DNA from: Negaprion brevirostris
Lineage: Eukaryota
Direction of reading: 5' to 3'
Length of the DNA stretch: 64,000 bases
NCBI GenBank assembly: GCA_030324005.1
Contig: JARDVH010000025.1
Coordinates: 51,751,537 to 51,815,536 of the forward strand
This document shows positions 37,161-51,329 of this stretch, piece after piece. Each line of letters starts with the position of its first letter. Position 1 is the first letter of the stretch. Under the pieces are notes generated by a model that worked only from the letters and a program-made list of their open reading frames with translations, did no database searches and was not told the origin of the DNA. Made by a program: the position numbers and the translations under genes.

Positions 37161-37434
37161 CACTGAATGATGCTGACCATCCTTCGTGGTGAGCATGCTG
37201 TCCAGGAGAGAGTGTGATGCGATCCTTTGGCAGCGAGAACAAAGGTGTAGTCAAAGGAAGGAGGAATGATTGACAGTAAAGTTGGAGAATGTACATTGGA
37301 AGGGATTGAAAGGAAGAAATGGAGGGAATGATTAGCAATAAGACAATGAAATAAGCTATCTTGAATGGGAAAGATGGACCAATGGAGAGGGGAAAAGGAA
37401 GTGCTTGGCAAGGTAAGTAATTGAGTGAGTCATA

Positions 37435-37782
37435 GCATCACAGAATCATAGAATCCCTACAGTGCAGAAAAGACCATTTAGCCTGTTGGTTTTGCACCAA
37501 CTGTCTGACAGAGTATCATATCCAGGCCCTCTCCTCCCCTATCCCTGTAACCCACACATCTACCATGGCTAATCCAACCAACCTACACATCTTGGAACGC
37601 CAAGGGGCAATTTAGCATAGCCAATCCACTTAACATCTTTGGAGTGTGGGAGGAAACCGGAGCACTGGGAAGAAACCAAAGCAGACATGGGGAGAATGTG
37701 CAGACTCCACATAGACAGTCACCTGAGACCGGAATTGAACCGGAGTCCCTGGTGCTCTGAGGCAGCAGTGCTAACCACTGTG
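37435..37782 (-). mobile_element. HE1-type SINE
   Basis: Full-length copy. Confidence 0.85.
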
Positions 37783-38254
37783 AAAAAAATGCCAGCATTG
37801 GACAGGAAGTGGGGGAGGGAAAATACAGGGCAGATTAAGAATGCCAATATTAATTTTGGGAGGAAGAATGGCGGTATGGAATTGGAGGCTGCAGGGAGGG
37901 ATCGGGAGATGAAAGGCATTCTTCAAACCGAAGCTTATTGGAAGCTGCCGCTCTGTTCTTGCTGCTTTTCCACAATGGCAGCTGTTCTTCAATAGAATGA
38001 CTGAGGTACCCATCAATCATGGGGGACAGCAGGATATAAATATCCCTGATGCCCCATGTGCACAGACAGTTTGCTGTCATTGTTCACCTGAGCTCCTGGG
38101 CGGCGAATGGACAATGGAGGCTCCAGAGGTGCAGATGACAAAAAGGGGAGATGTTACATCCTCCCTCATATTAAAAGAAAATGAGGGAGGGTGGGTGGTG
38201 GGGAGGGGGTGACGGCAGACTGACTACAAATTGGGGGTGTGAGTGGACTAGTAC

Positions 38255-38570
38255 GGTGACACAGTGGTTAGCACTGCTACCTCACAACGCCAGGGACCCC
38301 GGTTCGATTCCAGCCTCGGGTCACTGTGTGGAGTTTGCATGTTTTCCCCATGTCTTTGTGGGTTTCCTCCGGGTGCTCCAGTTCCCTCCCACAGTCCAAA
38401 GATGTGCACTTAAGATTGATTGGCCATGCTAAATTGATCCTTAGTGTCAGGGGGACCAACAGGGTAAACTTGTGGGGTTACGGGAATAGGGCCTGGGTGG
38501 GATTGTGGTTGGGATAGACTCAATGGGCCAAATGGTTTCCTTCTGCATTGTAGGGATTCTATGATTCTGT
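38255..38570 (+). mobile_element. HE1-type SINE
   Basis: Full-length copy with a gattctatgattct tail. Confidence 0.85.
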
Positions 38571-39399
38571 GAAATCTGGAATGGGAATTGTACAATCTTA
38601 TCGAACAATATTATGGTCACCCCATGTGGACATCCCCGCTGTGAATGTACAGATAGCCCTGAACTTCTTACTTCATGACACTGAATGGACACTTGTCTTT
38701 TGGAGCTGAGAGTCATATGTTTGGATGCATATGTGAGATTTAACGCTCTCATTGCCACTTATTTATTATAAATGATGTCCACAAGGCCTCATTGTCCTGA
38801 TTTGCCAGCACAAGTTGGGTTTGGGCATTGTTCACTTGAGCAGTCTGGCCTCTCAACTCAAAACTTCCTTGCAAGCTGTATCAAATTCTATCATCTGCCC
38901 CATATACCCAAGCTCCTGCCTCCCCGTTCCGGCAAGGCGTACAGACCACTGCTCATTAACTATATTTCTGGTCACTCTGTTCTGACGACACATTCCAAAT
39001 ATTTCAGCTGTAGGTTTCCATTCTTCTCATGCTGTCTCTCACCTCCATCAATGACAGAAAACAAAATCTATGTCAGTCCTAATAATGTTGGAGAATCTAA
39101 TCCAGCATTCTAGTATGACGCTGTAACCATCCTACATGCAACATCCTGGCTTCACTGATAAAAATAACCTCTCTGCGTGCAGACCTGCCACAACTATGGG
39201 ATAAACATTGCCTTATACACATCAAAGCCCATTAGTCTCCTGAAGTCTATCTAGTTGGAGTCTAAATGAAATGCTTTATCTGATGGCTTGATGCACATGC
39301 CTGGGCTGATGCTGGGTAAAGCGGGTGTAGAATTGAGCTCTGACAGTGATAATGGGTGGGATTTTATGGCCTCGCTCGTCCCAAAACCATAAATGCTAA

Positions 39400-39895
39400 G
39401 TTAAGAAAACCCACAACACCTCTATTTTCTCAGAAGACTAAGGAAATTTGGCATGTCCACCACGACTCCCACCAACTTTTANNNNNNNNNNNNNNNNNNN
39501 NNNNNNNNNNNNNNNNNNNNNNNNNNNNNNNNNNNNNNNNNNNNNNNNNNNNNNNNNNNNNNNNNNNNNNNNNNNNNNNNNCGAGGGGATTAAGGGTTAT
39601 GGGGAGAGGGCGGGAGTGTGGAACTGAGCCACGACAGATCAACCATGATCTTATTGAAAGGCGGGGCAGGCTCGAAGGGCTGGATGGCCTACTCCTGCCC
39701 CTATTTCTTATGTTCTCCGGTTTTCTCCCATAGTCTGAAAGACATGCTGATTAGGTGAACTGGCCATGCTAAATTTGCCCTCAGTGTACCCAAACAGGCG
39801 CCGGAGTGTGACGACTAGGGGATTTTTTTGCAGTGGTAACTTCATTGTAGTGTTAATGTAAGCCTACTTGTGACTAATAAATAAACTTTACTTTT
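39400..39895 (+). mobile_element. Rex1 fragment (39400-39481), CR1 3' end (39582-39715) and type B SINE 3' half
   Basis: ctctattttctcagaagactaaggaaatttggcatgtc (LYFLRRLRKFGMS), CR1 tail ggcctactcctgcccctatttcttatg, and the type B tail. Confidence 0.7.
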
Positions 39896-41579
39896 ACTCT
39901 ACTTCTGACAGGATATTCTCTGTCTTGACAACCCTTTGGATGAAAAAAGAACTTTAATCTCTGTCACCATTCTTTTGATGACTTTTAAATTACTAACACT
40001 GGCTAGTGGAAATAATTCATCCTCAATTTAGTGCATCAAGTCTCATGCCCTCAATTTTGAACTCCCACATTAGATCTCCTCAATCAAAATTAATTTGCAT
40101 GAGTGAAAAGGGCTCTAGTTTCTCTTGTCCGTCCTGACAACTGAGGCCTCTCGCCTGTTACTGTCTTATTTCCAAGGCACATTCTCACGTGGGCCTGACA
40201 ACCTTCAGCATGAAGAATGCTCGAAGGGTAAAACCAGAGCAAAACAACAAGCCACATGGATGCAGCATCAAACTGTTAGATTTCCAACTTTTGATGGGAA
40301 TAAATTGCATTCACACATGCTTTTTAATAAGTTCAAGCTCTTAAAAATTTGGGAGCTTCCTACAGCCATCCCGCATCAGTCCAACAGCTAAATGATAATT
40401 CCAGAAACCTCAAGGGGGAACAACTGCATTATCATATGGGAGGGGCCCTTTTACGACAAGGAACAGTGTAAAACATGTGAATTATCATCAATATCTAATC
40501 TGTGGAGACTAATGGTGGGGGGCTCCCAAGAGCAGCTGTGATTTCAAGTGTTTTTTAAATTAAATTCCTTCTGTCCCTCCAGTTGTGAAGAGTAGATGTG
40601 GCAGATGCTGTATTGAGTTAACAAACTGACATCCACTACATTACCTCTAAAGAAACTGTATGCAACTGGAGTGCCCCACAGTGGTAATGAGCCTAAAGTA
40701 CAAAGCTGCCTGTGATAGCAGTAAGCAACTGCACAATATTGTAGAAGCGGATGTGTGTGCATCCGTAAAAATGTGCAATTATACATGTTGGTAAACAGAA
40801 TGTGACAAGACAATCACTGTGAATAACTGAATGTCCCATATGGCTAGTCCCTCACACAGATTTTAATCACAATTGAGGTATTTTTCTTGCAGTTGAATGA
40901 GGTATAACATAAACATAGAAAATAGAAGCAGCAGCAGGTCATTTGGTTCTTTGGGCTTGCTCCACCATTCATTTTGATTGACAAATTCAATATCCTGATC
41001 TCGGTGTTTCCCTCCCAACCCCCATATCCCTGGATTCCTTTAGCCCCAAGAGCTGGAAAAACATAGAAAATGCTGTGTTACAAATTACAAATTATACTTT
41101 TGCTCGCAATAAATTACTTCAGGGCTATAGATGGGGTAGCTCAGGCATCATAAGAAAACTTTATGGAGTATTTTTTTCTATTGTCTCCTCAAGACAGTGA
41201 CCAGAGTGCAAGAGCCTTTTGTGAAACATTCACATAATAATGCAAGAACAAGCATATGTGTCCCCACTCTCACAGCTCAGTGGGACATTATATGCACTGC
41301 TAAAACAAAGTGATCCATTGGGAAAAATGTGAACATCATACACTATTGTATTTTCTTGTTTACTGAATTAGTGTGGGCCACCCAACCTCTTCAAGANNNN
41401 NNNNNNNNNNNNNNNNNNNNNNNNNNNNNNNNNNNNNNNNNNNNNNNNNNNNNNNNNNNNNNNNNNNNNNNNNNNNNNNNNNNNNNNNNNNNNNNNTTCA
41501 AGATCACAAGCAAAACATACAATGTTCAAATACACATTAGCACTAATTAGCAGACATCTTAAGTTGCTGACACTAACAG

Positions 41580-41878
41580 TTTAAGTTTATTTACTGGTGT
41601 CACAAGTGATGTTATATTAACACCGCAAATAAGTTATTGCGAAAATCCTCCAGTTACCACACTCTGGTGCCTGTTTGGGTACCCTGAGGGAGGATTTAGC
41701 AAGGCCTAAAAGCACATCTTTCAGACTGTGGGAGGAAACCGGAGCACCCAAAGGAAACACAAGCAGACAAGGGGAGAATGTGCAAACTCCGCCCAGTCGT
41801 TGATCCAAGCCGGGAATCAACAAACCTGGGTCCCTGGCGCTGTGATGCAGCAGTGCTAACCATTGTTGGCACAATGGC
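41580..41878 (-). mobile_element. HE1-headed SINE, type B tail
   Basis: Same head and tail motifs as 22570-22873. Confidence 0.8.
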
Positions 41879-43649
41879 ACAGGTCAAATTGTTCTGACGT
41901 ACAGCAAGCAAGCAAGCACACACTCACCCACAGTCTTCAATGTTTTCTTAAATCTGTTTGTCCCCTTTCATATGACACATTAATGTTTTCCACAATCCTT
42001 TAGAAGTTTATTTTTCCAGAACTACTTTATGGCTACAATATTTTAAAAAGTAAACTTACACTATTATGCTTCATCTATTTACAATCTTCCAATTGTATAT
42101 GTTCCCCACTGAAATACAACAGCCAATTTCAAATCTCTTATTTTATCTGCTTAAATTACTATTCAAGCTGTGCTGACTCCCTGTTTATTACTATATCAAA
42201 ACACTTGACTCAACAGCCCTTCCACTGATGTCTCGCCTTTGCAGTTGATCTGTTTCCAATCCAATTAAACCAGTCACACCCCCACAAGCTTATCTCCCAG
42301 TATCTGACAATGTGATGGTGTTATTAAAAAAAAATTCAGATTTTCCTGACAATGATCTGAATTACTGAGCAGGCAGGCATAGAGGAAACATTTTTTGAGA
42401 TCATTCTTAGTGAAGTAAGCGTAGTCATGCCCAGAACAAACAGAGTTTGCCAAACAGAATGTCCTATGACTGATTCTCCTCTTCTTGTAGCTATCATGCA
42501 CTGAAGCCATTTGTAACACTTTATCTACTGCATTAGCCAAGTTATAAACCTATCTATACAGGACTGCAGCTATATTCATCCCACAGACACACTGGGGAAT
42601 ATCATAGTCACTCTGATTTCACTTCAAATAAAGAAAAGGCTCTCAGGCCTTAATCTTTTCAGCAAAGCACATAACGAGATTCAGATCAAACTCTCAGCCT
42701 GAAAATAGACATACATTTGACTTTTTAAACTTTGATTTAATTGCCAAGAACACAGAAATTGTGAACTAAACTCATTGCAATTGAGCCTGGCTTTTCTGTT
42801 TTCTCTTCATTATGAAACTGTTAGCTAACAGCAGGCTGATGTCGCATGTTTTTGAGGATGGTGCTAAACATCAAGACTTCTTTTGTTTTGGCTTATTCCC
42901 AATCCAAAAGTGCACAATGTTTGCTGTTGCCAGCCAGCCCAAGCTGAACTGTGGCATCCCAAACAAGACAACTTTCATGATGGTCTAGTATTGAACATTA
43001 TTTTTCAAGTCAACTACAATATCACTGGTAGTAATACCATTAGCCCGCAAAAATGGTCCTGCTACAAATTATGATTTACGGTACACAATTTTATGCAGTT
43101 TTGCTGTCTAAATCAGCAGTATCAAAAATTAGGAGATCACAGCATCAGGAACTGAAACTAAACTGAATGTCCCAGCATTTTTACCAGGCCAAATGCGAGC
43201 AGTTGGGACTAGCTTAGTGGTAAAAACAAGGCGGCATGGACATGTTGGCCTGAAGGGCCTGCTTCCAATCTGCAAAACTCTATGACTCTAGGTGAGAATC
43301 TCACTGTGTGCTAGGCTGAACTTGATGGTTGACTGTTCTGTTACTGAACTCTGAAGACACAGATTTTTAGCGGTTGATAGAATGCCCATAAATTTCTCCT
43401 GCACAATGAATTGCATTAAGAATAAAATTATATGAACACTGAACCAATGGTGTCAGGAAAAAAATACAAATCCATCCAAAGATCTTTCTCCATTTTCTTC
43501 ACTGGGAATGCACATACTTTATCGTCCTGGTATTTACAGTTACAAGCGGTCAGATAAATGAAATGCCAATGGAGTGAGCTTTTGCTAAGAAGTTCAAAAG
43601 AAAAGAGTTCTTTGTGTCCAAGAGATGGTTACTTACATTCCACTGTGCA

Positions 43650-43897
43650 CAGTGGCACAGTGATTAACACTGCTGCCTCTCAGCACCAGGGAGCCGGGTT
43701 CAATTCCCAGCTTGGGTCTCCTCCAGGTGCTCCAGTTTCCTCTCACAGTCCAAAAGATGTGATGGTTAGGTGCATTGGCCATGCTAAATTTTCCCTCAGT
43801 GTACCTGAACAGGCGCTGGAGTGTGGCGACTAGGGGATTTTCACAATAACTTCATTGCAGTCTTAATATAAGCCTACTTGTGACACTAAATAAATAA
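43650..43897 (+). mobile_element. HE1-headed SINE, type B tail, internally deleted
   Basis: Same head and tail motifs; part of the core is missing. Confidence 0.8.
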
Positions 43898-44127
43898 GTA
43901 TACATGCTGATTGCGTTTTTCTGAGAATATTTAAATACAATGAGCAAGCAAGTGTCTGGAATTGCAAAAGAGCAGGGAAGGAAGGCATGGAGTTTGGTGA
44001 GAGTGGAACTTGTATGATGTCGAAGTACAGTTGGCTTCAAAGTACTTTCAGTTATTTCAGTTTCAGAACTGTTTTAAGCCCAAGTCCTTTAATAACTCAG
44101 TCCAAACCTGTATTGTGTAGAAATTAT

Positions 44128-45012
44128 ACATAAGACCATAGAACATAGGAGCTGAATTAGGCCACTCGGCCCATTGTGTCTGCTCTGCCATTCAATCATG
44201 GTTGATTTTTTTTCATCTCCACTTTTCTGCCTTTTCCCCATAACCCGTGATCCCTTTATCAATCAGGAACTTATCTATCTCTGTCTCAAAGACTCTATCA
44301 CCTGGCCTCCACAGCCATCTGCGGCAAAGAGTTCCACAGATTCACCACTCTAGCTAAAGAAATTCCTCCTCATCTTTGTTTTAAAGGATCATCCCTTTAG
44401 CCTGAGGTTGAGCCCTTTGGTTCTAGTTTTTCCTACTTGTGGAAACATCCTCTCCATGTCCACTCTATCCAGACCGTGCAGTGTCCTGTAAGTTTCAAGA
44501 AGATTCCCCCCTCATCCTTCTAAACTCCAATGAGTATTGATCCAGAGTCCTCAACCGTTCCTCATATGACAAGCTCTTCATTCCAGGGGTCATTCTTGTG
44601 AACCTCCTCCAGACCCTTTCCAAGGCCCGCCGTTAGATACGGGGACCAAAACTGCCGACAATACTCCAAATGGGGTCTGACCAGAGCCTTCTACAGCCTC
44701 AGAAGTACATCCCTGCTCTTGTATTCTAGCCCTCTCGACATGAATGCTAACATTGCATTTGCCTTCCCAACTGCCGACTGAACCCGCATGTTAACCTTAA
44801 GAGAATCGTGAACAAGTCCTTTGTGTTTCTCATTTACTAAGATTGCCCCATTTAGAAAATAGTCTATGCCTCCATTCCTTCTCACACTTTTCCACATTGT
44901 ATTCCATCTGCCACCTCTTTGCCCACTCTCCTAAGCTGTCCAAGTCCTTGTGCAGCTCCCTTGCTTCCTCAATATTACCTGTCCCTCTACATATCTTTGT
45001 ATCATCTGCAAC
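44128..45012 (-). mobile_element. CR1/HER1 LINE 3' ~0.9 kb
   Basis: Tail cataagaccatagaacataggagc and peptide VQSAVGKANAMLAFMSRGLEYKSRDVLLRL. Confidence 0.9.
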
Positions 45013-46499
45013 ATCACGAGTGGAAATTTTAGAAAGGAATGGCCTAGGGATTTACATGCCCCCTAAAATGGCCACAGGGGGTCTTGTGGCATTGAAGTTA
45101 GCATCCCTGCCTCTGTGCCACAAGCTCCAGGTTTGCATCTGTGGTCAAACAAGTAGATTGTCAACCTGCAAATTTCTTCCAATGGTGACAAAATCATGAA
45201 AGTGTCCTGATCAAAGTCCTGGTCAGCTATGCTTGATGTGGAGTGTGCCCCTCAAGCTATAAGTAAGCCTCTGGCAACAGGTTCCAGGAAAAAGATTGCT
45301 ATAAAAACAGATGACAATCTGCCTCCCTGTGCACCACTTGGTGTGGAGATGAGAAACAAATAAAAAAACTGCCAGGTAAGGTAACAATCCCCACGCCTGA
45401 ATAGATAAGCCTGAGGCACACACAATATTCACTCTCTTTATCATCAAGACAGCTAGCAGTGAGAGCAGGAACCTTCAGGCAAGTCCTTAAAAGTCAGGGA
45501 GGAAGGCAGTTGGGAAAAGAGAGGAGCATTCAAGAGCAGATCGTGTAGATGCCAAAATCTCTGAGGGTGGCAACAGTGCTAGCATCATGCGGTGCTCACG
45601 TGGTAATCGAGGTGGGTATTCACATGACCATAGCCATTCAAACAGTTTCAACATGGATCAAGTGAAGCATTCTGTTGCCCCAGCCACACATTCACGTAAA
45701 TGCATTTTAAACATCCACCTTATTGCTTATGGCCTGTAGTGGTCCCTTTCACTATCACTTGTAAGTCACACTGGGCAACTTACTGTTGCAGAGGGGGCTT
45801 CAAACAGGTGTTAAGGGGCAGAAGGTCAAAACTGTTTTAATAATTCTAGGAAAGAGAGTTAGAAGCATAGGGTGCGAAAGTTAAAAGTATAGTTTGACAT
45901 TGTTTTAGACATTATATTACATTTACAAATTTACTCTCATACATGCCCAAAACAAGAACATACATTGCAGAAAAAACAAAAATATGTTTTATACAATTGA
46001 CTGATCGATATCAGATGACATCTAGCACATAAATACGAAAAGCAAATTTCATAATTTGCTAAAATCCCCTGAAAGAGAGATTTTCAAGTCTTAAATAGCA
46101 GTCATATAAACAAAGGCACAACCAGCTTTTTTTTCTCTCTGTCATCACCAAATGATTGCCATATGTGAGATTAAGTATAAAGGAAATTAAAGCCTGAGAA
46201 AACAACAAAAAAAAAGTTGATAGGAGACCTTTTCCTAGTACTGGTGTTTGTACTGGCATTCCTGCTTTGCTAGGCTAAACTTTGATTTAGGAACCACATC
46301 TGGTCAGTCAGCATGTGTTTAATGTCTTCAACACTTGTGTTGCTTTAAAACACATTTGTTTTCTGTCACGAAGTGTCAGTTTGCCTGGTGGCACTTTTTG
46401 TTTTTCCAAGACAGGAAGTTGAGCCTTTTAGGCAATACTGAGAGAATAGAACAAAATGTTGGAAATGCCTTGCGCGCGCAGACACATTCAGAAAATAAA

Positions 46500-47900
46500 A
46501 ATAAACACTTGCATTCATTATTGAGGCATTATAAAAAAATGGACACCACATAAGAGGAGAAATTAGGGTGAAATGTTTGGTCAAAGAGTTAGTTTTGATA
46601 GATGGTCTTAAAAAGGAGAGGTTGATGGGAGAGGGAAAAGGAGTTAGAAAGTGAATCCCCGAGACTGGAGCTACAGCAGCTGAAGGCACAGCCCTAACTG
46701 CAGGAAGGGATCAGAGCAGAAGGGATACGAGACCAGAAGAATTGAGATTTCTGCTGAGGGGTTTTAAGGCTGGAGAAGGTTCCCGAATAGGGAGAGGCCA
46801 GGACATGCCAAGATTAAACATACAATTTAAAATGGAGACATTCGAGTCATGGGGTAGCACAGTGGTTATCACTGCTGCTTCGCGGCACCAGGGACCCAGG
46901 TTCAATTCCGGCCTCAGGTGTCTGTCTATGTGGAACTTGCGTGTTCACTCTGTGGCTGCGTGGGTTTTCTCCAGGTGTTCCAGTCTTCTCCCACAGTCCA
47001 AAGATTTGCAGGTTAGTCGGACTGGCCATGCTACATTGCCCCTTAGTATTAGGAGGGTTGGCAGGCTAAATTTATGGGGTTGTGAGGATATGTCCAAGGT
47101 GGGATTGTTGTCGGTGCAATCTCAATGGGCCCAGTGGCCTCCTTCTGCACTGCAGGGATTCTGTGATTCTACAGGTGCTGATGTAGGACTGTGAAGACAC
47201 TGACGAAAGGTGGGATCAGCACAGTTTTGAACAAACAGACTATTATGGGAGAAGATTGTGTGTAAGAAATAGAGTACATTATGGAGCTGGAAGTATATGG
47301 ACAAGTATATGGTTGGGATATGGGATCAGAAACACTGAATAGATGAAATGCTGCAGTAGTGAATAGTTTGGTTCAGGTTGTGGCAGTGGGCAGAGAGGAA
47401 AGTGAAATGAATGGTTCGGGTATGGAGTTAGAGAGACAGGGTAAAGACAAGCCTTCTCAGTATTTAACTGGAAGAAATTGTGGCTCATCTAAAGCTGTTT
47501 GCTGGACACGTGTACAGCATATAGGTAGCATGAGGTGGCGTGAAATTGGATTGTGCATCATTAGCTTGCAGGTGGAAGAGGCTCTTAAGTCCGCAGATAA
47601 GATTGCCAAGTGACAGGACTCAAGGAAGAAAACTGAGGGGTTCGAGGATGGATTCTTAGGGACACGAGAGGTAATGATGCAGAGACTGAATAAGAAGCCA
47701 TTGCTGAAGATGGTCTGGCTACAGGCAGATTCAGTAAGAGTGGGCCCACTAAGCTGGGCAACAGAGGACAGATAAAAGAGGAAGAAGGTGCAGTCAACTG
47801 CTTCATAGCTTATAAAGCAGTTAAAAAGATTAACAGGGTGAAATACGATTGTCAAGGTCATGAAGAATGTTGCTTGTCTCCTTAGTTAAGTCAATTTTAG
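46500..47900 (-). mobile_element. Decayed L2 LINE with an HE1 SINE (46852-47170, +) inserted
   Basis: L2-like MSHNFFQLNTEK (NFLQLN..KTE), purine-rich antisense composition, and a tail like that at 23250. Confidence 0.65.
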
Positions 47901-47969
47901 TGCTCGCAGAAAACTGTGGAGACATTCAAATATGGTGATGGCCAGCGATCGGGAATTGATATAATGACC

Positions 47970-48300
47970 TTCAAGCCCTCTGTGCAAAGTGCTTCACAGT
48001 CGATACATATACTTGTGAAGCACAGCGGTTGCTGCTTTGTTGGTAAGTGCAGAACACAGCAAGGTTGCACAAAAAAGACCAGTGAATTAGTTTGGTCTCG
48101 GCTGAAGGAAAAATGTTGACATGCACATCAAGGGAATTTGCTGCTGATTTTCAAATAGTGTCGTGGGATCCTTAACATTCAGCTGAACACTCAAATAGAG
48201 CCTCAGTTCAAAGTCTGATCTGAATGACACCACTGACAATGCAGTACTTAGTTGGTACTGCATTGCAGTGTCAGCCTAGCTTCTCTGCTCAAATATTGCC
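47970..48300 (-). mobile_element. Deu-domain SINE (SacSINE1/AmnSINE1-like)
   Basis: caaagtgcttcacag…ttcaaatagtgtcgtgggatccttaacatt…gcctcagttcaaagtctgatctgaa…gacaatgcagtact…tactgcattgcagtgtcagcctag. Confidence 0.7.
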
Positions 48301-49119
48301 TCATTTTAATCAATCAAAAATAGAAAGAGAGACCCTACAGGGAATAGAAGGCATAAGCTACCAAGGCAGAAGGATCAAAGTGTTGTCATGATCAGACTTT
48401 TCTTGCAGAATATTTCCTGCACATATTGCTGTCTACATCATCAAAATGCAGTGACAAATATAAAGATGATGAAACTGTTAACATATTTTGAGCCCAGAAA
48501 GACATATACAAGGAAACCACCAAGGGCCAGATAAACAGTGCACAGTTCATAGGAAAATCAGCCCTTGATTCCTGCTAGTCGTTCCAATCCACCAGGAATG
48601 TGACAGGAGAGCCAGAAATCAGGCTGAGGCCAGGATATGCTAGGCCTTGGCTCNNNNNNNNNNNNNNNNNNNNNNNNNNNNNNNNNNNNNNNNNNNNNNN
48701 NNNNNNNNNNNNNNNNNNNNNNNNNNNNNNNNNNNNNNNNNNNNNNNNNNNNNCGGAGTTGCCTTTGGGGGTGGAGGGTGGGCATGTAGGGGACGGAACC
48801 TTGATCCACTCAAAACATCTTTTCCCATTCCAACATTTAGTTGTTTTAGCAAGTCCAGTGTCTTGACCTCAGCCACATTTCCTGACAGCTCAGTCCAACT
48901 GTTCATCACCTTCTGTACAAAAAAAATACAACCCAGTATACATTCCTGCAGCCCTTGAAGAATTAATGCCAAAAGTTTAAAATACATTAATTTTCACTGG
49001 TGTGCAACTAGTGATTGCATTCACAAAGTCACAACCATGCAAATAAATATTTTGTTTTATTTGGTCAAATAAAGTCTGCCATCTGGGGAACAGACAGGCT
49101 CCAGGAAAATATTTCTTTA

Positions 49120-50480
49120 CATGGGGGAGGCAGTAGCAATGTCACTGAACTAACAGTTCAGAGGCCCAGGCTAATGCTCCAAGGACATGGGTTCAAATCT
49201 CACCATGGCGGCTGGTAGAAGTTCAGTTCAGTTAATAAATCAGGAATTAAAAATTGAGTCTCAGTAAAGACACCTGATCCTTTAGGGGAGGAAATCTTCT
49301 GTCCTTACTTAGCATGGCCTACATGAGACTCCTGACCCTCAGCAATATGGTTGACTCCTAAATGCCCACTGAAATGGCCTTCAAGCCATTCAGCTGCATC
49401 AAAGCCACTGCAAATGAAACTGGGCAGACCACTGGTTATTGACCGAGGCATGGAAATTTAAAGATAAACCCAGCCCTGTGGACTCTGCAAAGTTTTCCTC
49501 ACTAACGTTTGTGCCAAAACTGCGAGAACTCTTCACAGACCGCTCATCATGTTCGTCAACAGACTCTTAATTCCAGATTTTGTTTTAATTGAATTAAAAT
49601 TCCAGAATCTGCTCTGCTGGGATTCCAACCCGGGTCCCCAGAACATTAGCTGAGTTTCTGGATCAATAGTTTAGCAATAATACCACGAGTCCATCACCTT
49701 CCCTTATTGCTGAGTAAACTAAGTAAAGTTACCATAGTTTCAGATGACCATTGGCTACTTTCCCTTTGAGGGGGAGAGCTGACTGGTGGTGATTTAACCT
49801 GAGAATCACCACACCCCAGGCAAGAGGCAATGTTGAGAAGGCAGGGGCTTCACGAATACCATCGGTCGGTACAGAAATTGAACGCATGCTGTTGGTGTTG
49901 CTCTGCTATCACTAAATAGTTGCCCAGCCGACTGAGCTAATCCAACTCCGGATATTGCTGAGTTTGTGCTGTGTGATAGCACTGTTGACAACACTTTGCA
50001 TACTTTGCAGGTGATCAAGATGGGGCAGTAATTGACGGGGTTGGATGTGTCCTGGTTTTTATGGACAGGACATACCTGGGTAATTTTCCACATTGCCAGT
50101 GCTGTAGCTGTACTGGAACAGCTTGGCTGGAGATGTAGCTAGTTCTGGAACACAAGTATTTTTGCCAGAATGTCATCAGAGCCAATAGCTTTTGCAGTAT
50201 CCAGTGACTTCTTTGATTTGTTGATATCGCAAAAAGAGACCATTTGGCCCACCAAGTCTGCACTGACTCTCCAAAAGAATACTTTTCCCAGGCCCACCTT
50301 ATTCCAGTAAACCTGCAACCCCGCAGAACTAGCATGGCTAACCCACCTAATCCATCTCTGGGAAGCCGGAGCACCCAGAGGTTGTGAGATTGTTTAGCTT
50401 TTGCAGTATAGCACACAAGTAGTCCCGTTATAACTCCACCAGGTTTGCACCTCAATTTTTGCTTTGCTTGGACTCCCTCC
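49120..50480. mobile_element. Composite of family B SINE/LINE pieces and a distinct tRNA SINE (49710-49948, minus strand)
   Basis: Head gtaatgtcactgaact…gggttcaaatctcaccatggc; LINE peptide WKITQVCPVHKNQDTSNPVNYCPI; tRNA head ggattagctcagtcggctgg…gttcaatt. Confidence 0.7.
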
Positions 50481-50539
50481 TGCACTCTTCATCGAACAAG
50501 GATTGAAGCACAGTGTCCGGGACATAATCTGCAAGGTGT

Positions 50540-51060
50540 GAGTCTGGGAGTATGATTGTGTGAGGTTGTTGCTTGAAAGGGAGAGCAGGCTATGGTCATC
50601 TGAGTCTCAGCATTGAGATGTGGCACACACAAGTGTGTGGAGTCGACACCATCCCACACCTTTGGGAAACCTGCAATCTTGGCAAAGCCTCTCTTCTGTT
50701 TCTCCCTATTTAGAGACATGAAGAAGACGACCCCTCTCTTGGGCTCCCCGCTGCAGTGATGGAAAGCGAATTCTGAGATTTTGGTTACAGTGCCTGTTTC
50801 AGCCTGGAAAAATTCTGACACATCGAAGCTGATGGCCACAGTCATCTCCACAGTGACTGGCTGTGCCTTCATCACACAGCTCTGAGATTGCAGGTTCCAA
50901 GAGGCCTTCCAAGATGTGAGCACCTCCTTGGTGAATTTCAGACACTGGACACACTGCTCTTGGCTTCAGCGGAGTAGGGGATTGCTCCTGCAAGACATCA
51001 GCTGGAGAAAGCCTCTTGCTAAAAAGCCATCTCTTTCTTCTTCGGATCCTTCTTCTGTGA
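50540..51060 (-). pseudogene. PIF/Harbinger (HARBI1-like) DDE transposase remnant
   Basis: SQEQCVQCLKFTKEVLT…PVTVEMTVAISFDVSEFFQ…ISEFAFHHC…GFAKIAGFPKVWDGVDSTH matches the Harbinger motifs (RF.KE; GFP.V.GAIDCTH, first catalytic Asp). It carries deletions and frameshifts. Confidence 0.8.
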
Positions 51061-51329
51061 ACAGTTCATATGGTCTTGAGATAGGTCATTCCCACGTGCA
51101 CCACTCTCTGCAGGCCTTACCAAGCCACTCAACATACATAGTACTTCCACAAATTCAGTCGGAGACAATGATCAGCAAGTAATCTATAGGTAGTTAATGA
51201 TCCCTTAAAATAATGTTAGTGGGTGGGTCCCTTGTGCTGCTGTGTATGAAAATGACAGCACTGGAATCAAATCAGTGATGGATGCTGACTTACATGAAAA
51301 TCTGCCCACTCTGCATTCTTCCAGCTTGC

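Noticed and set aside
42274-42640. 88-aa minus ORF and plus-strand acceptor with downstream AATAAA
   Set aside because: No homology and no coherent exon structure; consistent with chance.
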